DNA of 64,000 nt. Origin: Savitreella phatthalungensis (taxonomy: Eukaryota). The stretch lies in NCBI GenBank assembly GCA_051599415.1, contig AP039695.1, positions 434,001-498,000 on the forward strand, written 5' to 3'. The stretch's first letter is position 1. The number at the start of each line of letters is the position of its first letter. The position numbers and the translations under genes were made by a program. The notes under the pieces are model-generated. The model saw nothing but the letters and a program-made list of their open reading frames with translations, was not told where the DNA came from and searched no databases. Shown piece by piece: positions 1 through 10,171 of this stretch.

Positions 1-3000
1 TTGCTCGCCGTCGTCGCAGATATCACTCGACCCCGTCAGGCTTCATCAGAGACGCGAGCAACTGTGATCAGTAGCATAATTGATTGTCTCGTCCACAGCA
101 CCATCCTCAGCAAAGAATCAGCCCACATCGGCCGCTTGGAAATACTCGACCTGTTCCTCAGAACCGACGTAACAACGGACAGTCTCGAGCAGATCATTAT
201 CCCTGCAGTTTGTAAAGGCTTACTGAGGCATCCTGAGGCAACGGCAGCCCCGACTGCCGAATACATCATCGCTCACGTGCGTCCGGGCGATGCAGCCGCC
301 GATGCCGTCCTGCTTGCAAAGCTTGGAAACCCTCTCGGGAACTTGTTTAAGAGCTCTGATCCGGCGACAAGGCAGAATGGAGCGCTTGCGTTCGCGCAGC
401 TGTGGGTTCGTGCAGGCGAGACCGCAAGTGTAGATCTCGCCACCTGCCTTACGGACATATACATGAAAGAGCGGCCGGCAGTCGAGCAGCGCCTGGATCT
501 GCTTCAAGCTATGACCCGCATTCGTCATGCCGCTCCAGCCAAAGCATCGACCCTTGTCAACTTCGCTCTCACCCAGCTATCGAAAGAAGGAAACGAAGCT
601 GTGACCACTGCCCTCGTCCGCACACTTTTTGCCTTCCTCGCCTTGACTCTGCACGAGCCGATACCCAAAAGCGTCGTCGATCAAGTCCAGCGCGGTCTCA
701 AGGACAAGCGACCTGCTGTTCAGAACGTCTGGGCATCGAATCTGCTCAAGCTAATCGGGTCCGGAGAAGCGCACAAGGATACACTCACCGCCGTGACCGT
801 TGTCGTGCGGGGCGAATGGTCACCGAAGAGGACATCTCAGCAAATGTTGACCAGCGGCACAGCGCTTGCATGGCTTTCGATGCTTCGCATCCTCCTGCTT
901 GACGGTCGACGGACAGGAAAGAACCCCATCGAAGAAGCCGTCCTTGAAGATCCATCTTTCGCCCTCTTTAGCCTCCACCTAACCTCACGACTTGTAGATC
1001 ACGAGCAAACGCATGCGGCTCTCGCCTTGCAGCAGATTTACCCTTACATCAACAAGAGAGAGGCTACTGCACACGCATGGGCGACCGCCTTACTCGACCT
1101 GCTCTCCCGTCTGTCCGCCCGCCGGACGACCGAGCTCTTCATCATAGCAGAGCCTGTCGCAACTGCAATGCCACTGCTCGTGAGCGCATTGACCCGTGCG
1201 CTTGCGGACGATGTAAATAAAGTAGCAGAGCGCCGCAGTCGGCTCGTCAATGCTTTCTGCGATCTCATCCGCAATTCGGCACTACCAGACGATGGAAGTC
1301 TCAAATCCAGAATTCTCCTGGACACACTCGTCCCGTTGCATGATGAAGAAGCTGGTCGGACTCAAGCCTGGATCGAGCTGTGTCAAGTACTCGGATTCGA
1401 GCCGGCTGCCTTTGTCCGTAACCATGCTGACGAAGCACTCGCGCTCGTCAACGGCACCTTTGTCGTGCCAGGCAGAGGGGCACTCCCACCTCAGGCCGCC
1501 GCGGCTCGAAATGCCCTCCAGACGCTAATCCTAGCTGACCAGGACTCCCTGATACAACGACTATCTGCCGAGCTTGCGAAGATGAGCGCTCTCGATCTTA
1601 GCATCATCACACCAGACAGTATCGCTTTGTGGGTGCGTGGGACATCATCTCAGCCTCCGGCACCTGAGGCTGTCGTGCCGAAGTCCACAACCAAGACTCC
1701 AGCAAAGCAGCCAGCGAAGAAGAACGTAACAAAGCCTGTGTCGAACGACCGGGACGTCAAGCGTGAGCAGGAGGACGCCGAATCAGTAAGCAAGGTTGAA
1801 CAGACCGCTTCTACTGTCCGCAAGGCTCTGCTCATAATCGACTGCCTGAACCAGCCATACGTTACAAATAGCAGCTGGGCTGTCATGGCGCTGCAGACGG
1901 CTTCTGATGGGCTCCTACAATTGAAGCTCTTAGCTCAACAGGAGCTGCAAAGCACACTGTTCGGTCTTGCAAAGCGCTCTTCTTGGTCTCAGGCAACACT
2001 AGCCTCAGTACTTCGTGCGTTCGTAGCCTCTAGCGATTCAGCGCCGAACGAGGACGAGCGTGACCGTGTTACGAATACGCTTTACAAGATCCAGTTCGAC
2101 AGCGAACGACAAGAGATGGATGATATGGCGGTCGTTATCACCGTCCACCTGATCCTTGCCATTCTTCGAGCACAGGGTTTGGCATGTTCATCTGACGAGC
2201 AGCGCGACGAGCAGATCGAGCTCGCGCTCGCGTGGCTTGAAAAGCACGCGGCTAGTCTTGCAACGGCAGACGTTCCTCGAGTCGCGCTCATTCACGCATT
2301 GGCAAAGCTAGCCGGTCTGCGAACGCGCATGTCGCAGGAGATCAAGGATGCATTGCAAGCCTTGGCTTCGTGCTTACGTGACACGGCGACGCCTCAGGAG
2401 CTTCGTGCCTTCACACAGCATCTCTCTGATGAGCCTGCCCACGTGCGAAGCATCTTCCTCACCAGTGCGGCCGAGCTCGATCTCAGTGATCTTGATTTCG
2501 ACCTCGATGTCTACCTCGCCCTCTACGACGACTACGAAGGTCACGCCGAGCAGGCTGACCAGCTCTGGACCGAAAATGCTCTGATCGAGCCCTCTGATTT
2601 GTCCTCACTACTTGAGGCCGGCATCTTTTCAGATAACAGCTTCGTTCGCATGACCTCTGCAGATGCGCTGATCGATGGTCTTCCAAATGATGCCGATGTC
2701 CAAGGCACGCTCGTCAAGCGTCTTGTCGATGCATACATCGCCGACGTCCGTCCGCCGCCTCCTGAGTACGACCAGTTCGGGCAGGTCATCCCGGCTACAG
2801 TGAAGGAAACAACAGGTGCAGGACCCGTGCGAGAGTCAGTTGCATACACACTTGGAGGCTTGTCGACGAAGCTGCGCGAGGAGTACCGATCTGAAGTTGC
2901 TCGTTTCCTCTTCGATAGCACTCACGTGAAAGCAGCGCCTGTCGCCGATCCGAGTGGTCGCGTGCAGGACGCCATGCTGCATGCGGGCAAGAAGCTGGTG

Positions 3001-6000
3001 GCGAGCAGCGCAGCCTGTATCGAGCAGCTCATGCCAGTCTTTGAGCAGGCGCTCCGAGTGACCGGGGCGAGTGCAGCGGACGATCATGTCCGAGAAGCTG
3101 CCGTTATTCTTTACGGTGCGTCCGCCGCCCACCTCTCAGCCGGCGACAATCGCATCTCCAGTGTCATTGACGCCCTGCTCAAGGCAGCATCGACACCGTC
3201 AGAGTCGATTCAAATCGCCATCGCCGAATGCATACCTGCACTCATTACCAAAGTTCCGCAGATCCAGGCCGACGTGTTCGATCGCACGCTCAGCTCTCTC
3301 ACAAGCGGAGCAGGATATGCAGAACGCCGCGGTGCTGCATACGTGCTTGCAGGTCTCGTCAATGGATGCGGTATCGCGAGCCTCCACAAATACGAGATTT
3401 TCGAGCATCTCGACCGTGCACAGGCAGCCAAGCAGGACGTTAAGCAACGGCAAGGCGCCATCCTCGCGCTCGAGTGTCTCGCACAAGTCCTCGGCCCACT
3501 TTTCGAGCCCTATGTCGAGAAGGCCATTCCATACCTTCTCAATGCGTTTGCCGATGTTGCAAATGAGGTTCGCAAAGCAACACAGGACGCAGCACGTATT
3601 CTTATGGCCACCTTGTCTGGATATGGCGTCAGCCTGATTCTGCCAATCCTGCTCCGTGGGCTCGGCGACTCGGCCTGGAGGTCGAAGAAGGGGTCTGTCG
3701 AGCTACTAGGCGCCATGGCTTACTGCTCGCCACGACAACTTGCAGCCTCACTGCCGATCGTCATTCCGCGTTTGACGGAGGTCCTCACTGACTCACACGC
3801 GCAAGTGCGCAACGCAGGCACACAAAGTCTCACTCAATTCGGCGAAGTCATCAACAATCCGGAGATCCAGTCCCTCGTGCCGGTCCTTCTGAAAGCGCTA
3901 GAAGACCCCAACCGCCACACAGACGCAGCAGTGGACGCACTTCTCAAGACATCCTTCATGCACTACATCGATTCTCCTTCACTCGCCATCCTTGTACCGA
4001 TCCTTCAGCGGGGTATGGGCGAACGCGCTGCTGGCGTCAAGCAGAAGTCAGCCAAGATTTTCGGTCTGCTATCTTCAATGACGAACCCAAACGACCTGAT
4101 TCCTCATATCCCGACATTGCTTCCTCGTCTACGCGTTGTCCTCAGCGACCCGGTGCCAGAAGTCCGCGCGACCTCGGCAAAGGCACTAGGTTCCCTGGTC
4201 GAGAAGCTTGGGGAGCGCAACTTCCCCACGCTCGTGAACGAGCTGCTCGACGTGCTCAACGACAAGGTCTCAAGCACAGACAGGCAAGGCGCAGCGCAGG
4301 CGATTGCAGAGGTCCTCTCAGGTCTCGGACTCGAGCGTCTCGAGGACACGTTGCCACGAATCCTCCAAGACTCGCGCAGCAAGGTCGACTACGTCCGCGA
4401 AGGATTCATCTCCCTTCTCATCTACTTGCCGGCGACCTTCGGCCCGCGATTCGCGCCGTACCTGGCCAAGTCGATTGTCCCTGTGCTGGACGGCCTGGCA
4501 GATGACTCTGACTTTGTGAGAGAGGCATCCCTACGTGCAGGCAAGATCCTGATTGCAAATTACGCGACCAAGTCCGTAGACCTCATGCTACCAGAGCTCG
4601 AAAAGGGCATGTTCAACCCGCAGTGGCGAATCCGTGTGAGCTCTCTCCAGCTCGTCGGAGACCTGCTATTCAAGATCAGTGGTATCTCAAACAAAGTCTC
4701 GACAGAGGAAGACGACGACGAGTCGCCAGTTGCAAGCGATGCCCAACGCGCAGCCATGCTCGAGTCTCTCGGACAGACACGTCGCGATCGTGTCTTCTGT
4801 CTCATCTACATCGCCAGGTTTGACCTATTCGCCATGGTGCGCTCGTCAGCCATCAACATCTGGAAGGCGCTCGTCTCCAATACGCCAAAGACACTCAAGG
4901 AGATCCTACCGACCATGCTGCGCATCATCATCGAGAACCTCGCCACGAAAGACGCCGATAATCGCGCGATCTTTGTCGAAACTCTCGGCGATCTGATGAA
5001 GAAGATGGGACAAGATCTGATGTCCCAGCTGCTGCCAGCCTTGCAGGAAGGCTTGAAGTCGTCAGACGTCCAGTACCGCGTCGGAGTCAGCGTCGCCATT
5101 TCCGAGCTTATCCGCAACGCAAGCCCAGAGCAGCTCGAGGCGTCTGAGAGCGAGCTCATCACAACGCTCCGAAGCTCTCTCATTGATCCGTCGCCGCAAG
5201 TTCGTCAAGCTGCCAACGTCGCCTTTGACTCTCTGCAGCTTAAGCTGGGCAGTGGCATCATCGATCAGATCCTGCCTGGTCTCCTGAACATGCTGCAGCT
5301 GCAGGACAGCGCGGCAGCGGCGCTGGATGCGCTTCGGGGCATGATGCAGCTACGCGCTCACATCATCCTCCCTGTCCTCCTGCCGACATTGACAAAACGG
5401 CCGATGACAGCGTTCAATCTGCGCGCTCTCAGCAGTCTCTGCAATGTCTCTGGTAACGCGCTCACAAAGCGTCTCCCGCAACTGCTCGGACTTGTCCTCG
5501 AGGCAGAAATCAACAACGAGTCACCCGTCGAAGCCGGCGAGGCTTTCGAAGGCATTCTTCTGTCTGTGCCGGACGGCGCGGAAGGCACAGCCGCTGTCAT
5601 GAACACAGTCTTCGACTTTGTCAAAACTGACGACTACAGGAAACGCGCAGCCGTCTGCAATCACTGCGTGGCCTTCTTTGCCAACACAAAGATAGACACG
5701 TCGCGGTACGTGCAGGACCTTATGCGCCACTTCATCAACCTGTTTGTTGACGGAAGTGAAGCTGTTGTGAAGGCTGCGTGGGCAGCTCAGGACGCGCTGA
5801 CGAAATCACTCCGTAAGGAAGACCTGGAGCGGCTGGTCGTACCGCTTCGCCGAGCCATCCTCGATATCAGCAATCGCGATCAAGCTGTGCCGGCATTCGG
5901 CCTGCCAAAGGGACTCAGCGCGGTCCTACCAATCTTCCTGCAAGGTCTCATGTACGGTCAGCAGTCAATCAAAGAGGAGGCTGCCAAGGGTCTCGGAGAC

Positions 6001-7233
6001 CTTGCTGCACGCACAGAGCCTGCTAGTCTCAAGCTCTTTGTGACCCAGATCACGGGTCCTTTGATCCGTGTCATCGGCGAACGTTCGAGCTCGGAAGTCA
6101 AAGATGCAATCCTCGCCTCCATGCAGGAACTTTTGGAGAAGATCCCAACAGCAGTCAAACCTTTCATCCCGCAGCTGCAGCGGACCTTCACGAAATCGCT
6201 GGCAGACCCTACGGCGGCGGTGCGAAAGCGTGCTGCGCAGTGCCTCGGTGCGCTGATTACGCTTGGCGGTCGAATTGATCCGCTTGTCACGGAGTTGGTG
6301 ACTGGTGTGAAGAACGCAGCAATCGAGGAGATCTCCGTGGCTACGCTGACGGCGTTGTTAGAAGTGACAAAGAAAGTAGGAGGCAGTATGACACCGGCCT
6401 CCAGAACACTCATCCTCAATTGCATCGAGCCGATGGTCAAGCAAGCGTCCGAGGCATCGGCCGCGCTTACGAAAATCTCCGCTGGAGACCGTCTCGCAGC
6501 AGAACTCCTCGGTATCCTAGTTCTCCACCTCGAGACCGACAAGGCGAGGGAGCTCCTGGACAGGTACGTTCTGCCTGACGAGCCGCAGCTTGTGCATTGT
6601 CTGGTGTTGAATGTGGCGATCGCGTCGAGTACGCAAAAGATCTTCGACGCAGGGCTCGATGGACTCCTGGTCGAGCAAATCGCTCGTCAGATGCAGTCGC
6701 CAGCGAGCGAAGTCGCAGAGCCGCACTGCATCGCCGCGGGCAAGTGTCTCCTGCAGCCGCACTTCACGAGCAAGCCTGCATACGTCGACATTTTCATGAG
6801 GGCACTTGCAGCAGCGGCAAAGGAACCCCCCTGTGGATCGATCGAGTGCAAACGACTGGCGCTCCTGGTCATCCGAGCCTTCGCCAATCGTCACCACCCA
6901 GCTATGACACCAGATCGGCTTGTTATCGTCGGACCAGCTATCCTGCCGAACTTGAGAGAGTCCGTTATGCCAGTTCGACTAGCTGCCGAAGGTTGTCTGA
7001 GTGGTGTGTTTGCGGTTGTCGAGCATGATCTGACGCTGGTCGAGCAACATGCACAACGACTCGCCGCCTCGGGAGACCCGAACCAGGCTCAAGCGTGGGC
7101 CGAGTACGTGAAGAAGTACGGAAGACGCGTGGTCGACAGAGAGAAGGACCGGGTGGAAGCAAGAGACTATGACGAGAATGACGATTTGGACGAAATCATG
7201 GAAGTAGAACAGGGCACCACATTCGAGGTTTGA
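1..7233 (+). CDS. GCN1: eIF2-alpha kinase (Gcn2) activator Gcn1, HEAT-repeat protein; 5' end lies outside the window
   Basis: 2410-codon open frame with Gcn1 hallmark segments (WRSKKGSVELLGAMAYCSPRQL, HYIDSPSLAILVPILQRG, WRIRVSSLQLVGDLLFKISG, FVTQITGPLIRVIGER, PFIPQLQRTFTKSLAD). Confidence 0.97.
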   Translation: MLAVVADITRPRQASSETRATVISSIIDCLVHSTILSKESAHIGRLEILDLFLRTDVTTDSLEQIIIPAVCKGLLRHPEATAAPTAEYIIAHVRPGDAAADAVLLAKLGNPLGNLFKSSDPATRQNGALAFAQLWVRAGETASVDLATCLTDIYMKERPAVEQRLDLLQAMTRIRHAAPAKASTLVNFALTQLSKEGNEAVTTALVRTLFAFLALTLHEPIPKSVVDQVQRGLKDKRPAVQNVWASNLLKLIGSGEAHKDTLTAVTVVVRGEWSPKRTSQQMLTSGTALAWLSMLRILLLDGRRTGKNPIEEAVLEDPSFALFSLHLTSRLVDHEQTHAALALQQIYPYINKREATAHAWATALLDLLSRLSARRTTELFIIAEPVATAMPLLVSALTRALADDVNKVAERRSRLVNAFCDLIRNSALPDDGSLKSRILLDTLVPLHDEEAGRTQAWIELCQVLGFEPAAFVRNHADEALALVNGTFVVPGRGALPPQAAAARNALQTLILADQDSLIQRLSAELAKMSALDLSIITPDSIALWVRGTSSQPPAPEAVVPKSTTKTPAKQPAKKNVTKPVSNDRDVKREQEDAESVSKVEQTASTVRKALLIIDCLNQPYVTNSSWAVMALQTASDGLLQLKLLAQQELQSTLFGLAKRSSWSQATLASVLRAFVASSDSAPNEDERDRVTNTLYKIQFDSERQEMDDMAVVITVHLILAILRAQGLACSSDEQRDEQIELALAWLEKHAASLATADVPRVALIHALAKLAGLRTRMSQEIKDALQALASCLRDTATPQELRAFTQHLSDEPAHVRSIFLTSAAELDLSDLDFDLDVYLALYDDYEGHAEQADQLWTENALIEPSDLSSLLEAGIFSDNSFVRMTSADALIDGLPNDADVQGTLVKRLVDAYIADVRPPPPEYDQFGQVIPATVKETTGAGPVRESVAYTLGGLSTKLREEYRSEVARFLFDSTHVKAAPVADPSGRVQDAMLHAGKKLVASSAACIEQLMPVFEQALRVTGASAADDHVREAAVILYGASAAHLSAGDNRISSVIDALLKAASTPSESIQIAIAECIPALITKVPQIQADVFDRTLSSLTSGAGYAERRGAAYVLAGLVNGCGIASLHKYEIFEHLDRAQAAKQDVKQRQGAILALECLAQVLGPLFEPYVEKAIPYLLNAFADVANEVRKATQDAARILMATLSGYGVSLILPILLRGLGDSAWRSKKGSVELLGAMAYCSPRQLAASLPIVIPRLTEVLTDSHAQVRNAGTQSLTQFGEVINNPEIQSLVPVLLKALEDPNRHTDAAVDALLKTSFMHYIDSPSLAILVPILQRGMGERAAGVKQKSAKIFGLLSSMTNPNDLIPHIPTLLPRLRVVLSDPVPEVRATSAKALGSLVEKLGERNFPTLVNELLDVLNDKVSSTDRQGAAQAIAEVLSGLGLERLEDTLPRILQDSRSKVDYVREGFISLLIYLPATFGPRFAPYLAKSIVPVLDGLADDSDFVREASLRAGKILIANYATKSVDLMLPELEKGMFNPQWRIRVSSLQLVGDLLFKISGISNKVSTEEDDDESPVASDAQRAAMLESLGQTRRDRVFCLIYIARFDLFAMVRSSAINIWKALVSNTPKTLKEILPTMLRIIIENLATKDADNRAIFVETLGDLMKKMGQDLMSQLLPALQEGLKSSDVQYRVGVSVAISELIRNASPEQLEASESELITTLRSSLIDPSPQVRQAANVAFDSLQLKLGSGIIDQILPGLLNMLQLQDSAAAALDALRGMMQLRAHIILPVLLPTLTKRPMTAFNLRALSSLCNVSGNALTKRLPQLLGLVLEAEINNESPVEAGEAFEGILLSVPDGAEGTAAVMNTVFDFVKTDDYRKRAAVCNHCVAFFANTKIDTSRYVQDLMRHFINLFVDGSEAVVKAAWAAQDALTKSLRKEDLERLVVPLRRAILDISNRDQAVPAFGLPKGLSAVLPIFLQGLMYGQQSIKEEAAKGLGDLAARTEPASLKLFVTQITGPLIRVIGERSSSEVKDAILASMQELLEKIPTAVKPFIPQLQRTFTKSLADPTAAVRKRAAQCLGALITLGGRIDPLVTELVTGVKNAAIEEISVATLTALLEVTKKVGGSMTPASRTLILNCIEPMVKQASEASAALTKISAGDRLAAELLGILVLHLETDKARELLDRYVLPDEPQLVHCLVLNVAIASSTQKIFDAGLDGLLVEQIARQMQSPASEVAEPHCIAAGKCLLQPHFTSKPAYVDIFMRALAAAAKEPPCGSIECKRLALLVIRAFANRHHPAMTPDRLVIVGPAILPNLRESVMPVRLAAEGCLSGVFAVVEHDLTLVEQHAQRLAASGDPNQAQAWAEYVKKYGRRVVDREKDRVEARDYDENDDLDEIMEVEQGTTFEV

Positions 7234-8002
7234 AGCTCCCCAAAAGACGAAATGTTCGAAGAACGATAGAGAAGAGGAGAACTTGTTCATGTACGGTAGA
7301 ATAGAAACAGATGAGTACTACTCCTGAGCACCACGGTGCTATGCAATAGCTACTGATATCTCTGAGTGACGCACGTGCAGAAGCTATCTATATCTATATT
7401 TAGCACTTGACTTGATATGATATGACCACGATCGAGGAAGGCAACCGATGAATATGACCTTGTTCAGATACGTAAACAAAAATACAAACATAATCTTGTA
7501 CGATCCCGGCAGAAGTATCATTGATCATGCATCAATGCAAACAATTGCATCAATGCATCAATTGACAGATGAATGCACAGTACTCAATTGAACAGAATTC
7601 AAGTCGAATTTCTATAACAGTCATCTCAATCTAGTATAGGATATATCGAATTGATACATAGAAGATGATCGGGTACTAACTAAACAGGCTGAACTAGAGG
7701 AGTGTAAACTTGTACGAGGATACACAGCCTCGTACAGAATTAAGCGTATACACACACACACACGTATGTGGACATAGATGCATGCAGTATATACGTACTT
7801 GAGTCGATAGAACACGCCAAGCCTTTTCACTCAACCAACAATAACACTAATACCTCAAGACCTTGACTCCAACGACACTCATTTGAAGCGCATCTGTATC
7901 TTCCTGGACTCGCCCAGCATCCGAAACTCTATCACCAGTCCAGATCCATGCCCATCAACTCCATTTCCTAAATTCACCTTCCTACACTCGAGTACCTGAG
8001 CT

Positions 8003-10084
8003 ATGACGAACAAGATCGTCGGACTCACTCTCGCCATCCTCTCGGGCTTCTTTATCGGCGTCAGCTTCGTGTTCAAGAAGAAAGGATTGCTCGCAGCAAC
8101 GGCAAAGTCAGGACTTGCAGCAGGCGAAGGTCATGCGTACTTGCGCAACTGGATGTGGTGGCTGGGAATGACATTGATGATCATTGGCGAGATCTGTAAC
8201 TTTGTCGCCTATGCCTTTACTGAAGCAATCCTCGTCACACCCCTCGGCGCTCTCTCAGTCGTGGTCTCTGCCATTGGATCCTCAATCTTCCTGAAAGAAC
8301 GACTCAGCTTCATCGGCAAAGTCGGCTGCTTTCTATGCATTCTAGGGGCAGTCGTCATCGTTCTCAATGCACCCGAACACACCTCCGTCTCGACAATCCA
8401 GGAGATGCAGAAGTACGCAATCTCGAAGGTATTCTTACCTTACGTCGGCATTATCCTCGTCATTGCCGCAGTCATGATCTTCTACGTCGGTCCGAGGTAC
8501 GGCAACAAGCACATGCTTGTATACATCACGATCTGCTCGATCGTTGGCGGTGTCAGCGTTGTCTGCACGCAAGGCTTCGGTGCCTCTGTCGTTTCGGCCA
8601 TTGGGGGAACACCGAACCAGTGGAATCAGTGGTTCCTCTGGGTCCTCCTCATCTTTGTCGTCTTTACCCTCCTGGTCGAGATCAACTATCTGAATAAGGC
8701 ACTCAACATCTTCAACACTAGCGTCGTCACTCCAGTCTATTTCACATACTTCACCACCATGACCCTCATCTCCTCCGTCATCCTCTTCCAGGGCCTAAAC
8801 GGCACAGGCGTTCAGATCGCCACTGTCGTCATGGGATTCTTGACGATTGTCGCGGGTGTCGTCCTGCTCCAAGTGGCCCTCGCAGCTCAAGACAAGCCAG
8901 ATTCTCAGGTCATGAAGAGCGAACTCGACGACATTCCCGAGGTCCTTGCCATGCCCACAGAAGATGATACGCTTGAGCCAGGTGCTGCATCCATTCGTGG
9001 CACACTCTCACTCCGACGCCTGGCGACTCGTAAGACCTCGCAAGCAGGAAGTATCGCCGTCCTCAAACGAAGGCAGACGATAAGCTCTCGCAACGTCTCG
9101 CGAGGCTTTGCGAGCTCCATGCAGTCAGTCTTCCAGGCGCCAGGCGCAAATCCCAACGATTCAAGTCCATTCTGGACCGTCGGCGACCGATCTCGTACCT
9201 GGGGCCCGAATGACAGCAACGCCCTACCCCTACACAACCGAACGATGCTATCGCCAGGAGAGAAAGATACTCCCATCCGCCTTGTCACTCGCGACCGGTC
9301 CACACGCTTCCCACAGCCGCCGCCGAAATCGTACCGAAACAACGACCTGTACGGCATGTCTCAGTCAGACTCGAAGCTCGAAGATCCCCATCGGCCGGAC
9401 CTAGCTCACCGACGAGCATCCTCGGATCTGAACGAGTACCGCAGTAGCTTCGACTACCTCGGAACGGACGCTGAGGGCGTCGACCTTGCTGACGAGTCGA
9501 CAATCCAGGACATCCCGATGAGGACGCGGGTCCAGCCAAACGCTCGATCAGACGTCTCCCAGCCACCGCTCGACGAAGCGGCGATCTACCATGCCGCTGG
9601 CGGTCACGCCAATGACGAGCTCGTCTACGTCTCTCCATCCCGACTACCCACCAGCTCGACCTCCCAAGACCACCAGCAGCAGCCACGACACATCCGCATG
9701 CAGACCGCCTCAGGCCACATCTACATGTACGAGCAGCGTGAGCGTTCGTCGGCGTCGTCATCGCTCAGACGAGGTGTCGGGACATCAGCGTCTGCTCCAG
9801 CTGATGATGATAATGCTGGTGACACACGCCGTCACACAGCCGTCAGAAAGTTCTCTGACGCTGTCAAGAAGCAATTCTCATTCACCGCAAAACCAGCTCA
9901 TCATGGACTCTACATCCCTCCCGCAACTCCCTCCTCAGCACCATCAAGACACCTAGGTCTTCCGGCACACGCATCCACACCTAGACCTGACCGGCGGGAG
10001 GATGTGGAAGGAGGCGAGATGACAGAAGAGGAGATTGTTGGGTTGGTTCCAAAAGGTCACGATCGACGACCGTCAAAGTACTGA
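8003..10084 (+). CDS. NIPA-family magnesium transporter with long disordered C-terminal tail
   Basis: Multi-TM N-terminal domain with GEICNFVAYAFTEAILVTPLGALSVV and INYLNKALNIFNTSVVTPVY motifs. Confidence 0.93.
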   Translation: MTNKIVGLTLAILSGFFIGVSFVFKKKGLLAATAKSGLAAGEGHAYLRNWMWWLGMTLMIIGEICNFVAYAFTEAILVTPLGALSVVVSAIGSSIFLKERLSFIGKVGCFLCILGAVVIVLNAPEHTSVSTIQEMQKYAISKVFLPYVGIILVIAAVMIFYVGPRYGNKHMLVYITICSIVGGVSVVCTQGFGASVVSAIGGTPNQWNQWFLWVLLIFVVFTLLVEINYLNKALNIFNTSVVTPVYFTYFTTMTLISSVILFQGLNGTGVQIATVVMGFLTIVAGVVLLQVALAAQDKPDSQVMKSELDDIPEVLAMPTEDDTLEPGAASIRGTLSLRRLATRKTSQAGSIAVLKRRQTISSRNVSRGFASSMQSVFQAPGANPNDSSPFWTVGDRSRTWGPNDSNALPLHNRTMLSPGEKDTPIRLVTRDRSTRFPQPPPKSYRNNDLYGMSQSDSKLEDPHRPDLAHRRASSDLNEYRSSFDYLGTDAEGVDLADESTIQDIPMRTRVQPNARSDVSQPPLDEAAIYHAAGGHANDELVYVSPSRLPTSSTSQDHQQQPRHIRMQTASGHIYMYEQRERSSASSSLRRGVGTSASAPADDDNAGDTRRHTAVRKFSDAVKKQFSFTAKPAHHGLYIPPATPSSAPSRHLGLPAHASTPRPDRREDVEGGEMTEEEIVGLVPKGHDRRPSKY

Positions 10085-10171
10085 GAGCGATGGCAAACGG
10101 TCAATCATTAAAGTCTTGTATCATAGAATTCTCCAAACCCAGCATTCCACAACATCCCATCGCCCACAAAA

